Assembly: GCA_000320545.1 (NCBI GenBank)
Contig: ADNK01000510.1
Location: 62,001 to 126,000 of the forward strand
DNA: 64,000 bases
Direction: 5' to 3'
Source of the DNA: Bigelowiella natans CCMP2755
Taxonomy: Eukaryota > Protista > Cercozoa
The notes under the pieces are model-generated. The model made no database searches and had not been told where the DNA came from. It was given only the letters and a program-made list of their open reading frames with translations. The translations under genes were made by a program, and so were the position numbers. Of this stretch, positions 36,835 through 50,005 are shown one piece after another. Numbering within the stretch: the stretch's first letter is position 1; every line of letters starts with the position of its first letter.

Positions 36835-39800
36835 CGCATATATTCTTGCGAGTGCGTCTCAATTAACGACCATTCAACTGTCCCAACCACAGGCCCTCCC
36901 AGCCGCTCCACCCTCTGGAGCACGAGGTTCACCGATGTTACGTACAGGAAAGCAAGCGAGAGCTTTCTAATTGAGAGCTTGTTCAGGACACTGTTGTTGT
37001 TGCTACCAGAGCGTTTTGCAGATGTTGCGAGCCCTACGATATGCTCGACGTATGAATGAACGTCTTCGTCGCGTAGGTACCAGCCGACTACATGATCGAT
37101 CTGGCGCACTAGTTCGTCCTGGACGCTCTCGATACCAAAACCGCCCTCTTCCTCGATAGGAATTTCTTCTTCCTCCTCCTCCTCATCTAGTAAGCTGTTA
37201 AAGTCCACTGCAATTGCCTCCGATCGCACCCTATCGAACTTAATGTCCACCACATCATCGCGATCGCGACGGCAGCAGGTGCAACAACAATTTTTGCAGC
37301 AACTATGACTGTCGCTGCGATTGCGGTAACGATTTCTGGTCATTTCGTCGCGGAGATGCGGTGGTAGTGAAGAGTTGGACCCCAGCAAGTCACCAAAAAG
37401 CCGGGAGGAGTTGGCTTCCTCTTCCTGAAAGATAGGCAGGAGAGTCGCGAAGAGACAGGCCTTGACCTCCGCATCCCCAATGCCCTGCAGTTCATCTACA
37501 TCAGAGTAGTAGAGCGCCGTCTTCAGCGCTTCGTTTGCGTTGTAGGATAGCAGTGAGACGCGCACATCTTCCAAGGCTGACATTACAAGCCTGGTACTGT
37601 GCTTAACTTCCTCTAGGTCCTCTTTATTCATCCCTTCATAGAGACAGTGAACAAGCTGCGAACGACATACATCTCCGTAGAAGAAGTGGAGGAAAAGCCA
37701 GTAGTAGCGGTTTCTATTATGGCCAAATTCTTCGAGTTTCATGGCATCTGACTGGTCACGATGATTCTTCATATCTTGCACGACAAGCTGGTTTTCCTCC
37801 TGGAATTTAGAAAGTACAGCACATCAAAGAACACAAACAAAATTCAGACACTTATAGGATATTGTGCATGTAGTGTCAACCAACCTCACTGAAGCCAAGG
37901 AATCTGTCCAGTAATGCCGTGAGGCGATACGGATCCTGCCACATAGTTTGTTCACTAATCCAATTACGCGCCATGAGATATTCATCAATCTCTCGTCTTT
38001 TTTTCAAGTACAGCACTCGGTTTCTGATGCTCGCCGCCGCATTTTCTCTCTCGCCGAGAAATGCATAGAGTAGCGGCGGAATCTTGGATTCGTAGCTGCG
38101 GAGGAGTTGGACCAACAGTGTGCTTTGGCTGCCATAATAGGTCCGTTTAAAGGGTCCTACTATCATGTTTCTTCGAATATTCACGGTTGCAAACCGGCAC
38201 TGCGAGTCGCCAATAGCCCTTTGTACGCTTCTCGCGATATCATGGAACACATTGTGTGCATATGCATTTATGCTACCCGTCTTGGCAGCTGCACCTGAAA
38301 GAGACGGGTCGTTGGACAATAAATCCTTTCTATCGCCTTCCTCGTCGTCAGTGTGCAGCAGTAAGAGAAGAGGTGGTGGAGCTTGAAAACCTTCTCTTGC
38401 GATATAGTCTTTCTTTTCCCTGTAGGAGAGGCTTTTCCAGTGAGCCAGCTTTCGCAGCTCGTTCTCTGCTGTCTCTGCACTCCATACCTCTACCTGCGGC
38501 CTGTCATCGATCTTTTCACTATAGCTGCTCCCAATCGCAGTAGATGTAGCGGGGAGGAAGGAAGAGGTAGAAGACGAAGAGATAAATTTTAGAACGCTCT
38601 TAACCTCGGAAAGAAAGGCCTGAGAAGGCTCTAGCCATGCATCGAAGCGGCGTACAATCCAGTCCTCGTCAGACATTGAAATCCTCACTCTGATGCGCTC
38701 TGACACAGCTTTCGACTGGTCAAGGAAAACTGATACATCGTTCCTTTTCACCCGATGAGGACGGTGGTGATTATCCTCCTCCCGTTGGTCTCCTACTGAA
38801 CTTGGAGCGTCTATGCTTAGACAGAAAATACAGGCGGACGCTTCTTCGTAGCCACCCTTCTGAGATCGTACGTGCTTCTTCTCTCTGCCCTTCCCTCCTC
38901 CTCCTAGACCCTCCTGTAGCTTGAATGTTGGACTCACGGAGAGGTTGAGGAACGTTGCCATCTGCAGCGCTGCAAAACCCCTTGACACCCCCGCACAGCC
39001 AACGTACTCAACGACCCCAGTCTGCACAAGCTCAGTGGAGTGAAAGCAGCGGCGGAAGTCCTCCCAGAAGTCCATATGACGGGGGCACTGTGGTCGCACC
39101 GGAACCACCCTTTCCATGACAGGCAACACGTTTAGATATTCATTTCTGTATAAAAGGGAATCAGCAGGCTGGCGGGCTTCCATAGCGGTCAAGGTGCCGA
39201 GGACAAAACCATCCTCGACAGACTCAACGTCCAGGCCGAGGAGATGCATTGCCGTGGACACCTGACTTTCTATCTTATTCATAACCTCCGGTGGCGTTCC
39301 GCGCTCGAAAAGCGGCTTCACGAACAACATCATGTCCTCATCTAGCACAACAGCCCAACAACAAATACACACACACACACACACACACGCAAATACGATA
39401 ATGGATCAGACAAAGCCTATTAAGAAGAGAAAACCATTCTAGCCAGTTCCCCTTTCCCCTCATGAAATCCTGTTACGAAGCTCGGAATCATGTCAGTCAA
39501 GAGCTATTTACCTGACGCTGGGAGTAGGACTTGTGCCTGTGTGTAAACGCCTTCCTTAAAGCGACCACAATTTTCAAAGTATCCAGAGGAAGGATTGACT
39601 CTACTCTCGTCGTAGCGGTAGCGCACAGCCACGAGATTCGTGTGAGCAAACTTTGGCCAGTACCCAGCTGCAGTTTCAGAACCAGTATCTCCAGCCTGAG
39701 AGGACATCGGGAAGTTGAAGAATGTTGCATCGTCTCCATCGTTGTCATCCTTCTCTTTTTGCGTTGTCCGTGCTTTCAGCGCTTTCTTCCTCGAGCCAAA

Positions 39801-42800
39801 CTTTTCCTGGGTCTTTTTCTTCTTATCTTCGATTGAACCCACTCTTTTCTCCCTTGTAACCCAAGGTCCAGTAGCTCGCGGTGCTTTTGCACTGGCTGAA
39901 GTAGAGCGCGGATTCCCAGAGGCATCTTTGGTGTCCTTGGGCTTTGCTGACGAGACAGGAGAGCCAGGTATCCTCTCCAGTATGGCAGCATCTTCATTAG
40001 AAGGCATTGACGGAGCGTCATCACTGTGGTAGCTGGCATTTTCCTTGTCCTCCTCTGGGTGTACCTTCCCCCCCCCCCCTAAACTGCAGCACATGCTATC
40101 CCAGCAGTTACCCTGAAAGAGGGAGGGGGGAGCGGATATGGAAAAGACCGACACTTTTCATCAGAGTCGACACAAAAATAGAACTACAAGTAATTCACGA
40201 TTCACACATTCGTTTTGTACGTACACATTCGGCTCTATATGTTCGCTAAACTATTGTTATCACAAACCCCATGTTTCTTAAGTTGCTCCATATCGAAGTT
40301 ATCCCTTACGATCTTTGTGGTGCTACGGTGCATGTAATAGCTCCAATTCAATTTTATCTCCTCTGGAACATCCTTCCTCGAAGTTACATTAACTCCTAGG
40401 AGCGGGCGCTTTACCTCAAATCGCGATAGAACTTCCACGCGATGCTGCGGCTTCACCAACTGCCACATCATCCGCCGCCGTTTTCCCTCACTCCGGGTAT
40501 GAGCGAAGAAAATATTTTCTGATAGGCTCTTGGTAGTTCTGTTGGTTTCAATAGGCATATAAGGGGGAAGAGAATTTCAGAGAGGATGCAAGGGAAGGGG
40601 GGAAGAAAAGAACACTGTTTGCATCGAATTGTAGTGCACATATGTTGTTAATTTTTGGCGTGTGATACTGAGAGGAAAGGGAAGCCCGCTTCTAGTCCCT
40701 CATCTTAAATCAATCGAGACGCGAGTAAATACATGCATGCATGCTTCCATTTACATCAGCTGCCAAGCTCCTTGACCCTTAACATACCGCTATCACTACT
40801 ACTCTTCCTCTCCACCCCCCAGTTCCTCCTTAAGCAATACTTGTTATCAACGCCATTCAGCTCGAGGAGGCGATCCAGATTTTCCAGCGATGCCGACCAA
40901 TGGGTGCCCCAGTCACTCAACGGAAGCATGCCGACAGCAATACTCTTCAGCCTCTTATCTCGAAAGATCTTCGGGTTTATCAATAGGTGCGTTGCTAGAT
41001 ACTGAGATGGCGACGATCCGGAGGAAAATGAAGAACGTAAATTAGACTCAGATGCCTCCGGATTCTGGGATTTAACACTGCTCTTGTTCATGAACACAAG
41101 GCATGAATGCGGACGGCCCAATCCATTGGCTCCCTGCTTATCCTGTGCTCGAGAGGAGACAACCCTTCTGAACCGCATCTCACGGATTTTGCGTCGCAGA
41201 GCCCTACGCTTCAGCTCATTAATGATGGATTTTAACATATTCTTGTGGTTGAGGTATTCTGGTCCAAATAAAAGCTTTATTTTCTCTTGCAGCGACGGGG
41301 GTGGCCCATGAAAACCCAACCAAGCGCCGAAAGTTCCCGATGAACGCAGATTTTGGTGCTTTTTCTTCCTCCTCCTCTTCTTCAAATTTTCCTTCTTTTT
41401 GTCAAGGCCGTCATTGCTGTGGTCATCTCTGTCTACGTCTCGGTGAAGCTGCCTGTAATCTTGGAAGAGGTCAATAAACGCATAGAGCTCTGGAGTAATG
41501 ACTACCGCAACCGGTGGCGACTGGGACTGGAAGATGCTAGGATCTGCTTCATTCTTCTCAAGGTTAACCACGAGAATGCGTGGATTGAACTTCCGTGCTT
41601 CCCGCCCATCTGTGCGCTGTTGTTGCTTCTGATCTTCGCAATCGTTGCCTAGGAAACAGGGAATCAGGACAGGAAAATCTTAGAGAGTCAATCGGAATTT
41701 GAGACAAGAAGGAAAATAAGTGGAACACATTAGTGGATTCGAAGAATGCTGCCAGGCTCAAATAATCTCGATGGTGTCGATAAAAATCATGAGGAATGTT
41801 CATTATCTTGATTATGCGTCCACACGTGTAAATCTCAGCAGACTCAAAACGAAATTCGAGCGATAATCTTCATAACTGAGTTTCTCCCCTTCCCCCTACC
41901 CCTTTCGTTATCACCACTGCTAGTACCACGCTTTATTATCTCGCCTTTAAGAGGAAGAAGGAACTGAGCTAGGTGAAAAGCAGCTTCATATACACATTCT
42001 TTTGAGTCTTCATCGTAGCCAAGAACTAGGCAGTCTCTGTGAAGGACAAGGTGCCGTAGAGTGGTGTTATCAGCTTCAATCTCCCCGAAAATACTCGGCG
42101 ATAATGAAGTGAGGGGGGAAGAGATTTCTGGCGACGCATTTCGAAGAGGGACCTTTAGAGATTAATAATGATGAGAGCAATTCGATAATTGTAAACGACA
42201 GAACAAAAACGCAACATGGACGCTGCGTGGAGCTACAATGAGACACGAATTTCCCCAAAACGTATTATGAACGTGTGCACAATGCAAAACACACCACAGC
42301 TCGCTTTTGCCGCTGTTTTCACCACAACTCACCGGACGCTCCCAGCCGCTTTCCCAGTTTTCATACCAGATTTGAAGGTTGGTCTTAGGTACACTGACTT
42401 TTTTGGATAACGACAATGACGAGGGAGTAGAATTGCGGAATGGAGAAGAAGAAAACAAAGAGGTAGAGTAGGACGAGGAGGGGGCAACGGGGTGGTAAAG
42501 GTAGCGCTTGTTCCACTTTACTGGATCTTCAAAGAGACAAATCGCGAATCCAAACTCCTCCAAACACGATCGTGCTTCTGGTACACTGTCAAGCAGCCGT
42601 TTGGGTTCTAGTTCTCCCCCTCTGGCTATCACCGTGTTGTCGCTACTCCGGCTTTCGGTCGTCACTTCGGCTGTGGCTTCGTTGCTAATCGGTAAATATT
42701 CGATGTGAAAAGTAATCCAGTCAGATATCTTGCGGCGCCGCGTCATCTGCTCCTTGGTACGCTCCTTGCGATCAAAATACTCTGGATTTCCTTCCAGAAA

Positions 42801-44639
42801 TTCGAATGGCTTCGGGTGGGCCTCCCACACACGCTTCCTTCGCATCCGACCATACCTTTTTGTCAGAGCCTGAAAATCCTCGACAACACGCCGTTGAACC
42901 TCGTTAGAAAAAGACGAATATGATGGCTTTGTCCCCTCTTTCTCCTCATTAACTCTTGTATTCGCCTTTCTCTCCTTGTGCTGCTGTTGTTGGTCAATGA
43001 AGAGTACAACATTGACTTGTCCAAGGCAGCGAAGGGAAAGTGGGATCGTCTTCTGCACTAGCACAGATTCCTCCTCCTCATCTTTCTTTGCCTCCTGAAT
43101 TTGATCTTCGCTTGCTGGGCCAGAGGAAAATGATAACTCATTTTTCAGTCCTGCAAGTAGCACGAGAGCACATATTTCGCCAACCACAAATCGAATGAAG
43201 GTTTGCCTTGGCGTTGACCTGGTTCCATTTTCAATTTTTGTGGCATACTTTCCGATTAGAGCGTTGATCCGCGCGGCCAGGTGTGTTAAACACGCACCCT
43301 TTCCACTATCAGCACTCTGCGAGTAACAAATGACAAATGGACTCCCATGATAATCATCGCTCCACTCGTGGATTCTCACGACTTCCGCTAGGGAACCGAT
43401 GGCACTAGAGAGCGTTCTCTCGACACCCTGTCGCACCTCTCGTAGTATATGTTGATGATTCTTTGAGTTTCCACAGAAGACAATATGAAATATATCCTTG
43501 TCCATAAATTGTTTCTTTTCCTCCTTTGAAGTCAATTCCGCCAGGAAATTGCTCCTTTTACCCTCCTGGAGCCTCGATCCCTCAAAATCTTCAACCCAAC
43601 GGTCTAGTTCGTTACGAAACACCTGAGAGTTATTGGTCCTCGATTTGCCGCTGGTAAAGTGTCGTCTCTTCCCTCCACAGGTCTTAAAGAGGAATGCTGA
43701 CCCATTCTTCGAATTGCAAAATTCTGTCCACATAAAATATGCGAATGCGTTGAAGTCTAGATGCTCCCCTCCGCTACTGCTACGGCTTACTCCACCGACA
43801 TTTGTCACCACTTTTGTTGGCAATGCAGAGAGAGCCAGACATTTGGCCATGCGCTCCTTGACACGGACGCCTCGGAAGGTGTATTTTATGAGCTCCTCGA
43901 TTTCTCCGTGTGCAATGCTTAATTCGCATGATTGTATCTTCTTGTGGCAGTAACGATGAAAGTTTGGGTCATTAACGTTATTTCTGCGCTGGAAGAGGGA
44001 AAAGATATTGAAAAGCTCCTTGCGCCGTGAGAACTCTACCGTGTAGAGCTCCCAGTGGAGAAGGCTCTTGATTGGCACTGCCCCTTTTCTGGTATTGTAG
44101 TGATAGTAGCTACTATGTTGTTTCTGTTGCCTCTGGATATTATTACTGCTGTGCTGGTGATGGCTGTGATTCGAAAGCTTCACTACAGCTTTTTCTAGCT
44201 TAAGCGAACGATGGAATCGTTGATAATCGACGGCGTGCTCCTTGTAATCCCCGAAAGCCTTTAAATATATTTCTGGCTGGTCAAGATCATGATAGCTCAA
44301 GTCCTTCACAGCTTTTGTCAGCATTCGCACCAGCTCAAGCACGACGGCACAGTGAAGGAGGGCGTCGCCACCATCTCGAAGGCCATGCTTTTCGGTAAGT
44401 TGGAATGCCTTCGTCCTATCCAGCACAACCACCTGTGACATGATAGTTATGGTAGTAAGATATTTGATATTGCAGAATAGTAGGGGGACGGGGGGAGGGG
44501 GGAAGGAGTAGTATAACTTGTTACAATCGGACTATACATACTCTATAGCACGGCCATACAACATGTACGATCTCACATACGCATCCGCGAACAACTCAAC
44601 CCGAAATTTTAATGTGAATAATAGCTAAAAGCCGGAGTC

Positions 44640-44716
<77 letters not shown>

Positions 44717-47700
44717 TATCATAAATTCTTGAGGCTCCAACATCCAAGAACGGAAGAACAAGCGCGTCGGTATTATGCAAAAAGGAAAATCGAACGAATC
44801 TTCACTCACAGTTATACTCCGCATGGCGTCTTCATTTTGAGCAAGATGACTGATTGGCCCCTTTCTCTTCGTTGTCAGTATATTTGGACTGATGAGTTTA
44901 AACGCAACATTTACGTCATTCTTCTTCCGTTTCTCTTTCTTCGCCTCTTTCAAATCCTCCCCACCCAATGTACTGTCGTCGGCTTTGGCATGGAGACGAA
45001 ATATGGCCTCAGTTCTGGCTAGCTCCCTATGCTGGATATTGAGTGTCACGAGCTCGCCGGTTATCTCTTGCCAGGCCTTCACTGCGTTTGAGAGGATGCT
45101 TGCGAGGAGCATTTCGAAGAAACTATGAGGCTTGAAGTTGGGAAACAAAATGGTGAATCTTGGATAGGCATGGTCAGACTTGGATGGCCTCCGCCCTTCT
45201 TCAAATATGTCTTCTCCCGGAGGCACTGCAAGATTCCATGGACCTGGGGATTCGGTCTTCTGCGACACGTTTCCTAAAGTTTCTTTCAGCATACAAGGCA
45301 CCATAAACTCACTGCCCCAAGGGCAGATGATCATATGGCGTTTGAGAACATTGATTATGAACTCGTGATCGCGCTCCTTGCAATCTGAATGACCCCACAT
45401 CAGTTGCTTGAGCTCCTTTACTGTGAATATTCCTCTTGAGGACGTCCCAATCTCCTTGCACCGCATCTTCTGCGCTGCGTGCACGTTTTCATCATAAATA
45501 ATATTTTTGAGCTTGTTGAGGAGATACCTGTAAGTGTGTGCGTATATGTTGTATTAGTTTGTGCTTGAGGAAAAGCGTTAAAAATCGATGTTGTTTCTCA
45601 ACAGCACGGGCACATCCATATCAGGAAATTTCAAACTCGTGTGCTAAGTGCATGCGATGCTAAAGGTAGAATTTTATTTTTGTTTTTCAGATTTACTGTT
45701 AATACTACTATCGCTGCCGTTGTTGGAATTACAACTGCAAATACTTCTTCTTCTTTTTCTTCTTCTTCTCCTACTCGTTCTATACATCGGGTTAAGAATA
45801 GCATGGCTGTCCAAGCCTTCCTCATCGAAGTAGATCGCAACACCGAGATCGTGGAACAGAGAGAGCATAGGCTTGACCTCCATCTTTGGAATGAACCATT
45901 TAGCTGCAAGCTCAGTGATCTCACCCACTGATATGAGGTCAGCATTCATCTCCTTCAGTGTGTCATAAACCTTAGTCCACATCATTGGGATCTGTTGTTT
46001 TACGACACTGTCGTTGGCTAAGGCGCTGTGTATGCTTCTTCTTAGGAAAGGAAGGACTCTGTCCGGTGATGAGCTTCCACTCTTTGTGTTATCGACTGGA
46101 AAGAACGACAATGGGACAGCCGACTAAAGAAAAAAGGAGGTGTGCGAAACAGCACAGGGATGAAAAGAAGGTATCATTTCCATTCATGGGTGGATGAGGG
46201 TATCATTATCATTCTTTCGCTGATATCCCACTCACGAGAACGAAAAGGGGGGGGGGATGGGCGGGTATGTGAGTAACTGTATAATAGTATTTGGGAGGCA
46301 GAAAAAGTCACAATTATCCTAACAAGAAAGTCAACTTTCTCCCTCCCTCCCCCTCGTCAATGATACTTTTAACCCGCCCCCTTCCACCTTTCCAGTAGGC
46401 CTGTAGTCGCACTCACTCCAGGGCATATGTGCCGCTCCGAAGAAAACTGTCCGGAGAATGTCTTCAATCTCATCAGAAATTTCTATGAGTTTTTCAGTTA
46501 TATCATGTTGATCACCGCGAGCCCATTCAACCAAACTGTCCATGTGCGTGCCCACAATTGCAAGCGAGGCACCGTTTGCATTACACCGTATCGATTGCAG
46601 CCAGTAGAGCAGGAATTGGGCAGCATCCTGCTTGCTAGAGGAGAGCCACTCTTCTATCGAAAAAACAATTGCATAGAAGCAATTCCTACCCATAAACACC
46701 TGGTATGGTAGATATAAAGAATGATCAAAAGACCCGATGAAAGTGCAAATAAAAGAATCATATGGAAAATTTTCAGACTCTCAACATCTTCGACAGTGAA
46801 CTACCTTGTGTGTGGTGTAGAATACGGTCTGGCCTGCGTAGTCCCACACGGTCATTCGCATCTCGTTGTCAGTGTCTCCGATATTGAAATAATCAAGTTC
46901 CTTGCCTAGATCCACACCCTCTTCCGTTTTCTCTTCAACCTTTTGCTGCTGTGGCTCTTTGTCCATGTTGTTCTTGAGATGCGGCTGCTGATTCATCGCT
47001 TGCAACGGTGTTTTTTTCATCTTTTTCTCTTTCTTAACCGATTTCTGTTCCCCATCCATCATTTTATTATCTATGGTAATATCATTGGGCTTTGTCTTCT
47101 TCGGCTGCTCCGCACTCTTCTCTATCCGATTGCTCTTCTCTTTCCTAGCAGAATTTTTATCGTTTCCTTTCTCATTTTTTTCTTTTACTTTGTCCTTACG
47201 AGAAGCTTCAAGCTCACTCTTGTTGCTCAAAATTGCGCTCGTTTGCTGAGAAGTCTCTTTCTTTACCACAGTTTTTCCTGTTGTTTTCATCTCCGATGTC
47301 TCTTTTTCCTTCTCCCTTTTGCATCGTATGGCATTGATCTTGCGCATCAGTGTTCTCTCATGGTCCCTAGTGCTCGTGGTGTCGCTCTCAAAGTAACCTT
47401 TATTTTTTTTAATGAGTGGTGGTGCAGGATACACACATTCATGAGATTCCTGACAACTAAATTACCCCGATCGGTACTTCTAGACATCCGTTTTTCAGTG
47501 CTATTCTCCTCTTTCCAATCTCCATATTGTGACCTTATACCCTCACTCCCCCTTGTCTGCTTCTCTATCGTCGCTACAATCATCCCGTTGCCATTCTATG
47601 CACTCGCTACCTGCATCAGAGGTCTTCACATCCGCTTTGGATATCTTAACTTCCTCGACGTCGACCCCAACTGTGCTGGCAGTATTAACAAATTTCACAT

Positions 47701-49965
47701 TCCTGAGGGAATTGTAAAGCGCAGTTTTCCCGGATCGGCCCTGCTCGGATGATAGTAGACACAAGATAAGGAGAAAGAGGAGGAGAGACATCATAGCGTA
47801 CTTTCACGTTGGTCACTATGTGAAAATTGTCAACAAAAAAGCGGGTAGCAATTGCGCTATAAAACCGCAAAAATTGACGATGGTATCGATGTCAATCAAT
47901 GCTGACACGTAGTTGCCTTAGGGCGAAGGAAATAGATATGAAGGCCGCGAGCACTACCTTGCCGACGAGCATCAGCCTCGAGCGATTCCATTCGGTATTA
48001 CTCATAAGAATCTGATTAAGCTCCGTAGCAGTCAGTCCATATTTTCCCAGAAATTCCTTACGCCTTGTTTGTCTGTCATTTTTGACAATATCCTTGAGCT
48101 CGTGCAACTCTACGTGGCTCTCCCCATCGATCTTCAGAAGGCTGCTCTTCAAGCTCAAGCGTTGTAATTTAAGTTCCATCTTATACCACTTGCGTCCATC
48201 CCTTGTAAGGCTGCTGCTACCCTCATATCGGTACCAAAAGAATGGCGGGAGGATATATAATTTCTGATATGGATAAGTTTCATTTCAGGCCAAGGTAACA
48301 GGCGTAGATGCCAGACATATTGATTGGATATATAACACCTTTCCATCTTCATATTACATTTACGTGTATTATACATACATTGGCGAATGTATACAAGTCA
48401 CTTGCGATCGAAGAAAATAAGGCGATTATACGTGACTGGTTAGCAGAAGGTATTACCTCGTTATCATCATGCGTTTGCTGCTTGACAATGACAAAGGCTG
48501 TATCCGCAGAGTGCTGGTCAGTGCCATCAAACATAAACGTGCCTCGAGGGTCGCACATACGGAGGAGTTTCCCATTTTTATTGGAGCGTATGCGGACAAC
48601 TTCGGCCATGTCCGGTTTATGCGAGGTCTTCCCCAAGGTGGCGGCGACCCTCACCCCTCTATGGGTCGGCGAAAGTATTCCACAAGACTTTGCCACCGGC
48701 TCCAGGATCATTTGCTGGTGAATGGAGAAACACAGGGCAGCGAGAAACGAAAAGGGGTGGGAGAGAAGAGGGTAAGAAAGATCTGGAGAACTACCCAACC
48801 ATCATTATCAAATATCTCCAAGATCTGGAGGACTATCGAACCATCATTATCAAATATCTCCATGTGCGTATTGGGAACGGCGCAAGGGGGGAGGGAGTGT
48901 TTAAAGTATGGAAACAACACGGAAGTATCCAGCAGATGGAAAACACATTTACTCCTTCCTCTTTAATCCCTCTTTTTTTCCCTCCGTTTTCCCCTTGCTC
49001 TCAATGATTCAGTGCTGATACCTCTAGCCCGTCAGACGTACTTGAAGATACGTTTGCAGCACTGCTGATTGCGGCATGCGGGAGTTGTCTAGCAAACCCA
49101 ACTCGGAGAAATCGTTTTTCTACTCGAGCTTCGTTATTTGTTATGACGAATATCTACAGTAGTTCCAAATACAATAATCACATTTCTTTTACTCTTTCGC
49201 TGCTCATTTTCATCCCCATTTCTCTTTCCCTTCTCAAATACGCTAATCTCGCTTCTTTCACTCTTTCACTCACTGTCTCTTATTTTCTTTCCCCATCTGC
49301 CTTTCCAAATCTTTCTGTTTTCACCTTCGAATAGGTTTTTGCGTCAAAGAGAGTCGAGCCTTCTTCCTTGGTAATGAGGTTTGATGTTGGTTGAATCTTC
49401 CATGTGAGAAGGTCTGAATCCGACGCAGCAAACAAAATGGCTCCATCATCTTCAGAATCTAACATTTCTAGCTCTTGCCCAAGCGTGGCTTTCAGTGTAC
49501 GCTGGCGAGATGCAGCATAGACGATTTCCCAACATTCAGGCTTCTTGTGGGTGTCGGTCACAAGAGATAGACACATAACTCCTTCTTTAACGACAACGAA
49601 AGATTTAAATGTTGGGGAGAAAATGTAAAATTTGTTATTGTAGTATTGGGAGTGATTGGTGAAGTGGAGGTCTTCCGATGCGAATTGGAATAAGCTGTTG
49701 TCCCGCAATATCCTCTCCTTCGCTTCGAACCGAAGCTCAATGACGCCCTGATCGGGGCACGCCGCTAGATAGCGTTGGTCTCGTTGAGTTTTAATGCGAT
49801 AGCAAGGTGATCCATTTCCGAGTTCCCCCGCCCTCTCGATCACAAGCACGTCCGATACTAGTTGATGCGTATGGGAATGTGCGTTCTTGGGAGTTGTGTG
49901 AATGACATTCTCTCCCCTCTCATCATTTACTTCAAGGTCCTCCTATCTTTCAATATGGCGTGTGT

Positions 49966-50005
<40 letters not shown>
